Assembly (NCBI GenBank): GCA_964016885.1
Contig: OZ024742.1
Span: forward strand, 309,380,001-309,444,000
Source of the DNA: Eledone cirrhosa
Lineage: Eukaryota
Reading direction: 5' to 3'
DNA length: 64,000 bases
The notes under the pieces are model-generated. The model ran no database searches. It was not told the origin of the DNA and saw nothing but the letters and a program-made list of their open reading frames with translations. The position numbers were made by a program, and so were the translations under genes. Position 1 is the stretch's first letter; the number at the start of each line of letters is the position of its first letter. Below are positions 33,288-45,274 of the stretch, one piece after another.

Positions 33288-33488
33288 CTCTTTCAATACC
33301 TTTGGCTACCTTTGTACTGGTCTTCTCTTCATCTTCCAAGCTAATACTCTTTTCTCCAAGTTCCAAAACTCGAGGTCTTTCAGCACGAGGCTGTCGTTCA
33401 AGATGGGTGAGGGTTGAAAGTAACTCTTCAAATTGTGCCTTTTCTTCTGGAGACAATGTTTTCGGTAGTATAAGACCAACTGAACAAC
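33288..33488 (-). CDS. SPART: Spartin coding exon 2
   Basis: ttctag|GT TGT TCA ... AGA G|gtaaga, 201 nt; GCSVGLILPKTLSPEEKAQFEELL resembles human GCFVGVVLSSELPEDDRELFEDLL. Confidence 0.93.
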
Positions 33489-33984
33489 CTAGAAAACACA
33501 GGAAGAAGTCAGAAATAGGGTACACATCATCATCATCATCAACATCATTGTTTAATGTCTGTTTTTCCTGCTAGTAAGGGGTCAACATATTGTCACAGGC
33601 CAGTTAGTACTTAAGTAGAGTGTTTTTCTGACCTCCGAGTGAGCCGGAGGGCCAACATACAATCCTGACCTTCACTGAGTGCATTTTATGTGGCACCAAC
33701 ATTAGTGAAGTTGTTATGTCTTTGTTTGGCAGGTTTTCTATGGCTTGATGCTCTTTCTATCAACAACCACTTTACAGAGTGTACTGGGTGATTCTTGATC
33801 ATGTAGATCACATCCATATATATTGTTTTTTCAGGGCAAAACAAAGCACTGGTGGTGTCAACACTACAAGACATCTTGCCTTCTATTTTGACAACTATAA
33901 AGACTTCACTGTTACATTTTCTCCATGAAAAGATACATAATGTATTCTTGGTTAATTAATTCAAGTTTAGGTTTTGTTTACCTA

Positions 33985-34125
33985 ACATGAACTCATTATG
34001 AAATCGCTATTTTCACCTTGAAGTGATATGTACTCATTATGAAATCATTATTCTTACTTAGATCTGACATGTGTTCACTTTGAAGTTATTATGTCTCACT
34101 TAGATCTGATATGTCCTCATTTAGA
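33985..34125. repeat. Degenerate ~41-bp tandem repeat, about 3.5 units
   Basis: Recurring atg.actcattatgaaatc..tatt..cacttagatctg. Confidence 0.65.
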
Positions 34126-34404
34126 ATTACAAATACTAAAAATTGTTTCTACTTTGGGCACAAGGCCAACAATTACCCCAGTGTATTACTGGTGCTTTAT
34201 ATTATTGACCTCGTAAGAATGAAAGGCAAAGTTAACTTTGGCAGGATTTGAACTCAGAACATAAAAGGCCATAACTCTATGCTGCAAAGCATGGTGTCTG
34301 ACGCTCTACCGATACTACCAATCCACAGAATTATAATAATACTAATAATTGTTTCTACTTTTGGCACAAGGCCAGTAATTACCCAGTGCATTACTAATAA
34401 TGTA

Positions 34405-34740
34405 ATATACTAATGGTGGTGATACTTATGATCATATTAATTTTATGCTTATGTCAGTATTCATGACAATACTAATGGTGATACTAATAGTGACATTTAT
34501 GATACTACTTATAATGGTGATACTAATGATAATACTTATGATGATACTAATGGTGACATTTATGATACTACTTATAATGGTGATACTAATGATAATACTT
34601 ATGATGATACTAATGGTGACATTTATGATACTACTTATAATGATATTAATGGTGATACTTATGACAATACTAATGGTGATACTTATGACACTATCAATGT
34701 TATTAGTTATGACAATATCAATGACTCGACTAATGATGTT
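34405..34740. repeat. Degenerate ATG/ATA-based minisatellite with a 63-bp higher-order period
   Basis: gatactacttataat recurs at 34501, 34564 and 34627; produces the spurious MILMVIL ORF. Confidence 0.85.
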
Positions 34741-34817
34741 GGGAATGGAAAAGGTATTAGAAATGACAGAATGATTTTATTGAACTAAAGCGAGAAAAAC
34801 CAACATTTAATACTGAC

Positions 34818-35544
34818 CATCTCGGGGTGCAAGCATGTCTGGGAATAAGTAAGCCCCATACGATGCATGTAAGACTGGGGAGATTCCAGGTAAGAGAGGA
34901 TACAGCCATTCTCCAACCTGTAAGAAAGCTGGAGGTGTGTTGTTGGCAGTTTCACTGGTCACTTCGTCATCCATGCGGTAAATGTTGAGGGCATTGGGAT
35001 AGGAGGGTGCCGTGACATAACCTTCCGGAGTTATATACAGCAGCTGTACCCCTTCAGGTATAAAAAAAATCCGAGTGGCATTCTGTGAAACACGGCGGTT
35101 GGCACATCGAGAAACAGCTGCTCCATCTTGAGCATCGTTATAGGATCCAGACATGACTTCATCATATGAAGGCGGACTCATTAGATTTGAGTTGGTGTCA
35201 GTTGAAGTTCTATTCAAGGCATTCAGCATATCAAGACGTGATTCAACTTGCATCTTTGTTTTAGTCAGTTTATGAACCATGTCTCGGTAACAAGTCTGTT
35301 CATCAATTGACAGGTGTTGGCTGTCAAGCTCAACGTCAAGGCTGAATTTGATGTGCTCAAGGCACATTGTGTACATATTAATAGCATCGTTAGCTTTGCC
35401 AATCTCGTCAAATACAATCCCTTCATTGGCAAGCTGCAGTGATGTTTTATAAAACTTTTGAAACTTTTTATATAGTATTTTAGCCGGCAAACTTGGCCTT
35501 GGTGGGGGTGTTCGGGAAGACTGGTTTTGTTCTCCACTTGCCAT
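34818..35544 (-). CDS. SPART: Spartin first coding exon: MIT domain, PPSY motif and central conserved domain
   Basis: IPEGVQLLYITPEGYVTAPSYP and PPAFLQVGEWLYPLLPGISPVL...GAYLFPD resemble human IPNGVQIFFVNPAGEVSAPSYP and PPGFLQVCDWLYPLVPDRSPVL...GAYMFPD; donor G|gtcagt at 34817; acceptor ttttctag at 35554, 9 nt before the ATG. Confidence 0.95.
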
Positions 35545-35596
35545 AATGAATTACTAGAAAATAAATAAACAAATAAAATAAACAAAGTAGATAATA

Positions 35597-35665
<69 letters not shown>

Positions 35666-35791
35666 AGGTGTATGTGTGTATACATATAAACATGCAACTA
35701 GTGTTTTAAGACTATTTTTCTCTACTAAAGTAGGGGTTAGATTTGCAATCCCCAAAAATGGCTTCACACCCATTGTGGAATCCTTTCTGAA

Positions 35792-35966
35792 GCAATGCTT
35801 TACATCCAGATGCTCTTCCTGGCACCAACCCTTTTAGTTGCCTCTTACAACATGTAGGGATATTGTGTATCTATTCTGCTCAATATCCCTACATGTCATA
35901 AGAGACAATTAAATGGATTAAAAATGGGTTAATGTCAGGAGGGGCATCTGGCTGTAAAACATTACT
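35792..35966. repeat. Head-to-head inverted pair of LINE-tail SINE-like copies
   Basis: acatgtagggatattg ... caatatccctacatgt, with extended flanking complementarity. Confidence 0.75.
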
Positions 35967-36165
35967 AAAAAACAAAACATGATGAATATGAAGTTTTTCT
36001 TGGGGCCTGCAAATTTAACTAATAATTTACTTGGTGAAAATGGCTTTAAAACACTAGCTGTATATGTGTATGTGTGTGTCTAAAAATAAATGGAAAACAA
36101 CACAACATATGATACAGTACAATGGAGATATATATTAGTTTATGCTTGATATGGTAGTAAAAGTG

Positions 36166-36201
36166 TCTTAACGTTTTGGATGTTTGTCCTTCATCAGAAG
36201 A
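36166..36201 (-). ncRNA. Decayed minimal hammerhead motif
   Basis: TCTT-CTGATGA-aggacaaacatcc-AAAA-CGTT-AAGA; GAAA is mutated to AAAA at a CpG; stem I TCTT/AAGA. Confidence 0.5.
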
Positions 36202-36884
36202 TAGGATAAGAAATATGAGAAGAAATAAAAAAAAAATAGAAGAGAGTGAAAAGATGAGGAAATGGAAAAAAGTAGAAACGGAGGATTCCAAGAACAAAAT
36301 AAAAAGCCAAACAACTAAAATATAAAGGTTATAACGTTAGTTTAACACTGGAAGGGGAAAAAAAAATTAACTGCTTTACATTTCAGAATGGTATACCTCC
36401 TTCAGAGAAGGAAAGAAGAAGCAAACAACAGAGAAAACAGTTAAATAGAAATAATTTCAAGCATAAAATCAGAATGACAGTAACTCGTCTGAGGCAGGAG
36501 CCCCACTAAGTGAGGTGGCTGTTGCAGCGGATGTTATTGGCCATTGCCCATGGCAATGCCATTACCATTTTGTCCGTGGGGTACAGCCGAAACATTACTC
36601 TGACTTAGGTGTAGAGTCTGTCACCCTCTTTCCTTTCTTTTGTTGCTTAACAATCCTAGCCATTTCCCTCCTTTTCCTCACATTTAAACACTCAGTGTCA
36701 TGTGATTTCTTCTATCTCTCATTTTATCATTTATATAGTATATATTATAGTTTTGTCAATAACAACAACAGACACAGAAGCGACATCAGTTAATGTGGTA
36801 TAATGTGAAATAAATGGCAGACAAGAGGAGGAGGAAAGAAGAAAACAGTTTTTAGTAAGTTTTAGACGTAACAAAAAACATCCA

Positions 36885-37535
36885 GGCCACTCTATAAAGT
36901 GGTCATGCTGGTGACAACAAAAAACACCCAGTCCACCCTAGTGAATCCTGTAAAATGGTTGTGCTAATAACATGATAAAAAGTACCAATTCCACCATGTA
37001 TGCTGGTCGTGCTGGTGACACAACAAAAAGCACCCAGTCAACTCTGTAAGATGGTTGTGCTGGTGACATGACAAAATGCACCCATTCTACGCTGTAAAGT
37101 GGTTGTGGTGGTAACACGAAAAAAAGTACCTATTCCACCCTGTATAGTTGTTGTGCTGGTGACAACAAAAAACACCCAGTTCATTCTTTAAGCTAGTCAT
37201 GAAGGGGGTATGACAAAAAACATTCAGTCCACCCTATATCGCGGTTGTACTGGTGACAACAAAAAGCACTCAGTTAATACAGTAAGGTGGTAGTGCTGCT
37301 GACAAGACAAAAAGGACCCAGTCCATCTTGAAAGGTGTTAGTGCTGATGACACGACAAAAAGCACCCAGTTCACCCTCTATGGTGGTTAGCATTAGGAAG
37401 GGTATCCAGTCATATAAAACTAAGCCATAAACAGATCATATGAGCAAGATGTGGTTACCTGCCTGGGCTCATAATGTGACAGCCCATCTAACTCATGCAT
37501 GCATAGAAAATAGATGGTAACAATGATGATGATGG
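36885..37535 (+). repeat. ~42-bp minisatellite (about 12 units) fused to the RTE-type 3' end
   Basis: Repeating gtgctggtgacacgacaaaaagcacccagtccaccctgtaaagtg, then cattaggaagggtatccag...gatgatgatg. Confidence 0.85.
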
Positions 37536-37634
37536 TAGTAAGTAGGAAAGAGGAGAGGAATCTGATACCATCAGGTAAATGGCCATGCCCAATATGCTGA
37601 AAAGGAATCAGTAAAAGTTCCATACAGTCTACCC

Positions 37635-38065
37635 CAAAAAAGGCTTCATTCTCAAAGTGAAAAGCAGATTATATGAAGATTGTGTTCAAACTGCTATGTT
37701 GCACCCTGATTGCAGAAGATCTGTGGTGGTTAAAAAGAAATGAAGCATGCATGCTTCACCTAATGTGTAATATTAATGTATGTGAGAGATAATGCACAAG
37801 TGTACTGAGAAAAAAGATGAGTTTAAAAGAAATTAAATGTAGTAGGCAAGAGAGACAATTGAACTGAAATGGTCATGTGATGTGTAAGAAGAGCAAGAGA
37901 TGTATAAAAAGTGCTGAGAACTTGAAGAAGTGTATGTAAGCTCTAGAAGAGGGAGACCAGGGAAGACATGGAACAAATTTGTGAAGAATGACCTCAAGAA
38001 ACGGAACCTCATGACATACATGACTGAGGACAGAGCTGATTGGTGATATGCCATAATACAAAACT
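37635..38065 (+). pseudogene. Old degraded RTE RT C-terminal fragment related to the young copies
   Basis: Translates to KGFILKVKSRLYEDCVQTAMLH, RNEACML and RGRPGKTW with stops and frameshifts. Confidence 0.75.
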
Positions 38066-39229
38066 GACACTAAAACAAAAAGTAAATGTGGTGAGAAAGA
38101 TCCACCATACGAAGAAAGGCTGTGCAAGGACTTTGTCCAGTGAACAGCAACGCATTTCCCCAGCATATAAGACATTGGAAAACCAAGGCCAGGAGTCAAA
38201 ACACAGTGCCAAAGACATCCACGCTGTTAATTCAGACAAGGAATTTGTGCAGGGTCTTGACACCAAGCACTTTAAGCTTAACTTGCCACCTGCAAGTGCC
38301 AGAGATGAATAGGAAACATTGGATGGGAATATAGTCCAGAAATTGAATGTGCTCATAGGAAAGAGCACCCTGGAACACAAATTAGCCACATTAGGAGTCA
38401 TGACTTGAATATGACCCAGGTCCCTTAGGGTGTAAGAAGTTAAGGGCAGAAGCACTCACTTGGGGTGTATTTGTGTGTGTGTGGGGGGGGGGGGTTCTTC
38501 TCAGAAGACCTTCAGCTGTCCAGCTCGTTTGAGAGTTTCTTAGGCATATATATATAATAGATGGATAGATAGATATAGATAGATAGATACCATAGATACA
38601 TTTCTTTGTTTATATAGAAATTTGTGAAATGTTTGTACATATATGTGTGTATCCCAGTTTTAAGAATAGATACACTGTATCCCTGCATATCGTAAGAAGT
38701 AAGTTAAAACATTGGCACCAGGAAAGGCATCCAGCTGTAAAACATTCTCTCAAAACATCCCGTCCAACCCATGCCAGCATGGAAAAGTGGACATGATGAT
38801 AATGATGATGATAATGATTCCTATTTGAGACTATATTTGAGACCACAAGGAAATTATAGATACTAAAGATAATCTTATAGGCAGAATATAAAATGTGATG
38901 GTCATGTTGCTATGGTAATGTCAATGAGTCATAGCTGGCGTTGAAAGATATCCTTATTGAGACATTACTGCAATGATCACATGAATCACAATACACAAGT
39001 ATACAGAACTGAGGGCTGGTTGGGCTACAGACATTTGCTGGTTGCTGTTGTCTAGCTCTAGGTCACTACTGATGGAGTAGACCAATAATCAACACACACA
39101 CACGTGTGTGTGTGTGGGGGGGGGGGGGTATGCAGAAAATAAGGAAAAACGGAGAAGCTTATCAAGGAGGATAAGGCTAACCTCTGCTAAAGCAGAAAAA
39201 ATGGTCTCAACAACTTAGCATTTACATTA

Positions 39230-41562
39230 TCGGGGAGAAGTGTGTGCTTAACGATGATGGCATACTTGCCATCACCGACGCTGATAAGAAGGTAGCTTGG
39301 AAGTGTCACTACGAAAGGCTTCTAAATGAGGAGAACAAATGGGAGAAAGACAGTCTCCCCCACATCGACCCAATAGAGGGACCAGCAGTGTTAGTCCAGG
39401 GTAGTACAATAAGCAAGGCAATCAAAGATATGAAGACGGGTAAGGCGGCTGGTCCTTCGGAAATAGTTGCTGAGATGCTGAAGGCATCTGGTTCGGTGGG
39501 ACACACCATGGTCACCCGGATAGTTAACCAAGTCGTACAGAATGGGGTTGTTCCGAAGGACTGGCGTAGCAGCATCATCGTTAACTGCTATAAGGGAAAA
39601 GGAGATGCCCTAGATAGGAGTAACTATAGAGGCATTAAATTAATCGACAAGGTCATGAAGGTCACGGAAAAAGTAATAGCGCAACTAATCAGAGAGAGAA
39701 TTGATCTAGATGAAATGCAGTTCGGATTTGTGTCAGGCAAAAGTACCACAGACGCTCTTTTCATTGTACGACAACTACAGGAGAAGTACCTAGCTAAAAG
39801 TAAACCCCTATACTTAGCTTTCGTCGACTTGGAGAAAGCCTTCGACAGAGTCCCCCGTTCCATTATCTGGTGGTCTCTTAGAAAACTAGGTGTTGACGAA
39901 TGGCTTGTGAGAGCTATACAAGCCATGTATAAAGAAACAGTCAGTAAGGTTAGAATTAACAACGAATATAGTGAAGAGTTTAGCGTAAAAGTTGGTGTCC
40001 ATCAGGGCTCTGTTCTTAGCCCCCTACTATTTATTATTGCCCTTCAGGCTATAACAGAGGAGTTCAAGACCGGCTGCCGATGGGAACTCCTATACGCAGA
40101 TGATCTAACGCTCATAGCTGAATCAATGACCGAACTAGAGAAGAAATTCCAAACATGGAAGCACGGCCTAGAATCAAAAGGCCTTAAAATTAACCTGGCT
40201 AAGACTAAAGTTCTAGTTTGTAGGAAAGAAAATATGGCGGCAGTCCCATCTGGGAAATGGCCATGCTCAGTGTGTAGGAAAGGCGTAGGTAGAAACTCCA
40301 TTTTATGTCCCAAATGCAAAGTATGGGTGCATAAAAGATGTAGTGGGATCACAGGTAAGCTAACTAAGAACATAGATTTTACATGTGGCCGGTGCTCTGG
40401 TGCAATAAGTAGCAGCAAGTGCCCACAAAATACTAGCTCCTTCAACTGCGCAGAGGGTTCTATAGAAATAGTGGACAGCTTCCGTTACCTGGGTGACAAA
40501 ATCAGCAGTGGGGGAGGGTGCTCTGAAAGTACAGTAGCTAGAGTCAGAACTGGATGGAAAAAGTTCAGAGAGCTTATACCACTATTAGCTGCTAGAGGGT
40601 TCTCCCTAAAAATGAAAGGCAGGTTATACGATGCCTGCATACGAACAGCAATGCTGCATGGCAGTGAGACCTGGGCATTGTGTGCAGAGGATATACGCAG
40701 ACTAGAGAGGAACGAAGCTTGCATGCTCCGCTGGATGTGCAATAGTAATATACGTGAACGGCAAAGCATAAACGAACTAAGGAAAAAATTAGAAATAAGA
40801 GGGATCAGATGTTGTTTACTCGAGAGAAGGCTACGTTGGTACGGTCACGTGATGCGCATGAAAGACGACAGCTGTATAACAAAGTGCAGGGCAATAAAGA
40901 TAGACGGTAGCCACGGAGTAGGCAGACCCAGAAAAACATGGGACGAGCTGATAAATTCCGACCTCACACGCTTACACCTCTCCAAGACAATGTCACTGGA
41001 CCGAGACCTTTGGCGGTACTCAGTAATAGAGAAGACCCGCCTTACCTAAATACAAAGTAAAAACCTACTACAGTCAGTAGGCATCTCTATCAAAACACCC
41101 CCCCCCCCCCCGTCCCACCACCTCCACCCCATCCACACCGCCCCTTTCAATGTACAGTCATGTTGGTCCCACAACATCCAGGCCGAAACAAATGAGATCG
41201 TGTAGGTGTCACGACAAAAAACACACAGTCCACGCTGTAAATGTGGCCGTGTAGGCAACACGGTAAAAACCTCCCAGCCCCACACTGTAAATGTGGTTGG
41301 TGTTAGGAAGGGCATCCAGCTGTAGAAAACCCGCCAGACAGTCCACGCTGTAATGTGGCCGTGTAGGCAACACGGTAAAAACCTCCCAGCCCCACACTGT
41401 AAATGTGGTTGGTGTTAGGAAGGGCATCCAACTGTAGAAAACCCGCCAGACAGTCCTATGCGAGCAAGACAACCACTCTTGCCTCAAGTGGGAAAACCCC
41501 CGTCCAAACCCATGCAAGCGTGGAACACGGACGCTAAACCTGATGATGATGATGATGATGAT
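39230..41562 (+). mobile_element. 5'-truncated RTE-clade LINE (copy 2) with full RT domain (ORF to 41049), no endonuclease, duplicated 3' UTR and (GAT)n tail
   Basis: KAAGPSEI, YKGKGD, NYRGIKL, QFGF, AFVDLEKAFD and YADD motifs; nested inside a TTAA MITE (39207-39229 plus 41561-41765). Confidence 0.96.
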
Positions 41563-43235
41563 TACTCTATATATACTGTACTTTTGCGTTAAAGGCTTTA
41601 CCTTACATAAATATCTCACATAATATTGAATCTGAGATTTAGATATTATTTATTTTGAATTTAATACCTTAACATCAGCATGAGTGGTCAGTTACAGCCG
41701 GTTTGAACAGAAAGAGATGAGAGAATTCTGGCCAGATACAGCCAGTTTAAATACTAAAGGGTTAAACCACGTGTTGTTGTTACTAGATAAACTATGCCTT
41801 AAAAAAAAAGACAAGATTAACATAGCTGGAATGTCTTTGATCATATATAGTCTGTTCGACCAGGATTAACCTACAACTAAACAACAACCAGATACTGTAC
41901 ATACATTCAGCAATTAGGTTACAGGTGTAATTAGGTTACACATCATTATCATCATCACCGTTTTACGTCCGTTCTTCCACGCTAGCATGGGTTAGACGGG
42001 TTGTCCTGTTGTGGGCAGTGTCCGGTTGGCTGACCTTGTCTTGCTCATACGGGAACTGATTCTGGCTTGATTTCTATAGCTGGATGCTCTTCCTAACACC
42101 AACCTCATTTACAGTGAGTGCTGGGTGCTTTTTTCCCATAGCAACTACACATCCACTTTACAGTGTGGGCTGGGTGCTTTTTTGCCATGGCACCTCCACG
42201 ACCACTTTTCAGTGGAATGATATGGACCCCAGTCCTATCATCTCATTTCTACAGCTGAGTAAAGTGGAGCAATGTGAAATAAAGTGTCTTGCTCAAGGAA
42301 ACAACACATCACCCGGTCCGAGAATTGAACTCACAACCTTTCGATTGCAAGCCCAATGTTCTAACCACTAAGCCATGTGCTTTCACATATATTATTTTAT
42401 TATGATTTATTTTCACACAGTGTTGGTGTTAACAACCAATGTTGTTCTTACCGTCAGGCTCCATTTCAGAGCTTAACCCTTTATCATTTCCATTATTCTA
42501 TATTTATTATTGTTTTTTTGCAGTAAAGGCTTTACCTTAGATAATTATCTCACATAATATCGAATCTACAAGATTTTGATATTATTTATTTTGAGAACAA
42601 TACCTTAACATAAGTATGATCAGCCAGTTATGGCAGGATTGAACAGAAAGATGTGAGAGAATTCTGACTGATTATAGCTGGATAATAATTGCTTTCTGCT
42701 CTGCTATGTAATATTATCATCTTTGTTATTATTATTATCTATCTTAGATTGATAGAATCAGTAGAGTGTCAGACACCATGCTTTGTAGCATAGAGTTACA
42801 CCCTTTTACATTCAGAGTTCAAATCTCACTAAGGTGAGCTTTGCCTTTCATCCTTACAGGGTTGATAAATAAGAGTACCAGTAACACACTGGGGTAAATT
42901 TAATCGACTTTTCCTGCCCCCAAAATTGTTGGCCTTGTGCCTAAACCAAAAACTATTATTGTTATTATCTAGTGCACCTTATTTGTGTGACAATGTATTG
43001 TTATAGAATGGTAGATTAGCTGAACCATTAGAACGTCAGACAAATGCATTGCAGGAATTGTTCTTGCTCTTTAGGGGTCAACTTTTCCTTTTATCCTCCG
43101 GCATTGATAAAATGAAGTACCAGTCAAGTATTGGGGTTGATTTACATCAACTGCAAATGGCTGAACATTCCACAGACACGTGTACTCTTAACGTAATTCT
43201 TAGGGAGATTCAGTATAACACAGTGTGTGACAAGG

Positions 43236-43464
43236 TTAGCCCTTTGGCATTTAAACCAGCCATATCCGGCCAGAATTCTCTCACCCCTTTCAGTTCAAAC
43301 CGGCTGTAGCTGGCCACACATACTGATGTTAAAATATTGTTCTCAAAATAAATAATGTCAAAATCTCATAAATTCGATGTTATGCGAGATAATTATGTAA
43401 GGTAAAGCCTTTAACACGAAAATATAATAGCAAATATAGAGTAATCTAAATACTAAAGGGTTAA
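43236..43464 (+). mobile_element. TTAA MITE inserted into a family C SINE-like element
   Basis: Flanks match the uninterrupted copy at ~49336-49480 (ggcctttaaattacagg). Confidence 0.75.
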
Positions 43465-44565
43465 ATTACAAGTATACTCCATCCAACAGGCTTCCAAACA
43501 ATTACCGTCTACCAAATTTCACTCGCGTGCCATGCAGTGGGATCAAACCCGAGATCTTATGAATGCAGAGTAGACTTCTTAACCATTCGGTCATGCTGTG
43601 TGCCACATAGTAAATATAAGATGATCACAAAGTGAAATAAACCATTTCGCTATGAGGAAGTGAAGAATTCCATTGTTTTGAACAGAACTGTTCATTAGAG
43701 AATGGTAATGCTGAATAGATTGGAGAGAGAGAGAGAGAGATAAAGGGGAGAGAGAGTGAAAGAGGGGGGGGGGGGGGATAATTGTTTCTTCTTTAGGCAC
43801 AAGGCCAGCAATTTGAAGGGGAGGGGAAAGTTGATTAAATTGACTCCAGTGCATTACTGGTGCTTTATTTTATCGCCCCCAGTAAGGATGAAAGGCAAAG
43901 CTAACCTTGGCAGGATTTGAACTTGCCGCAAAGCATGGCGTCTGACGCTCTACTGATTCTGCCAATCCACCACCCTGAAGTGGGGAGGAATAATTAAAAA
44001 CCAAACTATTTCCATAGGATTATATGATCATGGCATCATTTTTTATATTTACTTTGGCCTACAACACACAAAAATATCCCCAATCCGGCTCACATCCAAA
44101 CAAGTTTGCTGACCCCTACATTCTACAACAACAAAACAACATAGGTAACTGCTGTGTAAGCAGATAAAGTCATACATTCATACTTTATATTGCTGGTAAA
44201 ACGTGTTCTTATTAGGACAATAGAGGCTAAATGTAGTGTATTGTCTATCGGTAATTGTATCAATTTATAATGTATCTTGGCTGACAGCTACGGATTCCCG
44301 GTGTATGTTATGTTTACAACGTGTTTACTATATCTTAGTTTTATATATTATATTGGATAGATTTTTGAAGCTGCTACTTCTCCGAATTAAAAGATCACAG
44401 CTCTGATACTATAGACATGTGGTTAGAATGTCTCAGGAAAGAATCGCTAATTAGATTTTACGGGTAAAAACAATAGTGGGCTTATCTTACTTCCTATTTC
44501 AAAACAAGTTTTCTGATTATCTGGAAATATGCTGACTTGACATAATGCATTTCTAGTAATTTTCT

Positions 44566-44797
44566 TTAACGCTTTAGTATTTACCCTTTAGCTCTGTATA
44601 TACTATTGTATTTCCACGGTAAAAGCTTTATCTCACATAATTATCTCACATAATAACAAATTTATGAGATTTTGATGTTATTTATTTTGAGAACAATACC
44701 TTAACAACAGAATGAGCAGCCAGTTATAGCTGGTTTGAACAAAAAGAGGTGAGAGAATTCTGGCCGGTTACGGCCAGTTTAAATGCTTAAGGGTTAA
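44566..44797 (-). mobile_element. TTAA MITE copy
   Basis: Reverse-oriented homolog of 8169-8383, ending aagggttaa. Confidence 0.8.
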
Positions 44798-45274
44798 GGT
44801 GCTAATTAAGCTAATATATTTTACTGTTTTACATGAATTTATTATTTTTCTATATATTCATAAGCTATGGAAATAAATCATGCGAAACCATTTTGCTGGT
44901 TTGAGAACTGATGAGGGTGAAGATGTGTGTGTGTAAACTTGTCTTTTATATCACCTTTCTTTATTTCCTTCTTCCAGTCACTCCTATGCGCCAACTCACT
45001 TCTCCTTGTCCACCTCCTCTTTCAATCTTGTCTATATTTCATCTGCTTGTCACCCATCTTGTGGATTGTCTCTCTGTTGACCACTGACCTCTGGTCTCTG
45101 TCCTCTGAGGCATTTTTGTCCATCACTGTCTTTGACAGCATTTAGCTGTTTTAACAGCTGTTCTAGCAATGAGTTTTCTTATTTTTATATGTGATATATT
45201 TGTTTCAACAGTACTGTCTTTTGTAATAAAAAAAATCCCAAAGTTCAATTATACTGATTCTCAACTAACAAATA

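Noticed and set aside
34445-34774. Hydrophobic MILMVIL ORF resembling a membrane protein
   Set aside because: Minisatellite translation, antisense within a spartin intron
38040-38520. GC-richer stretch with several overlapping short ORFs
   Set aside because: Probably an old retroelement remnant, but no motif allows assignment
44900-44930. Other CTGATGA heptamers (6280, 9618, 17041, 18437, 21067, 44908, 63618)
   Set aside because: No GAAA, UH and closing stem I in the right arrangement
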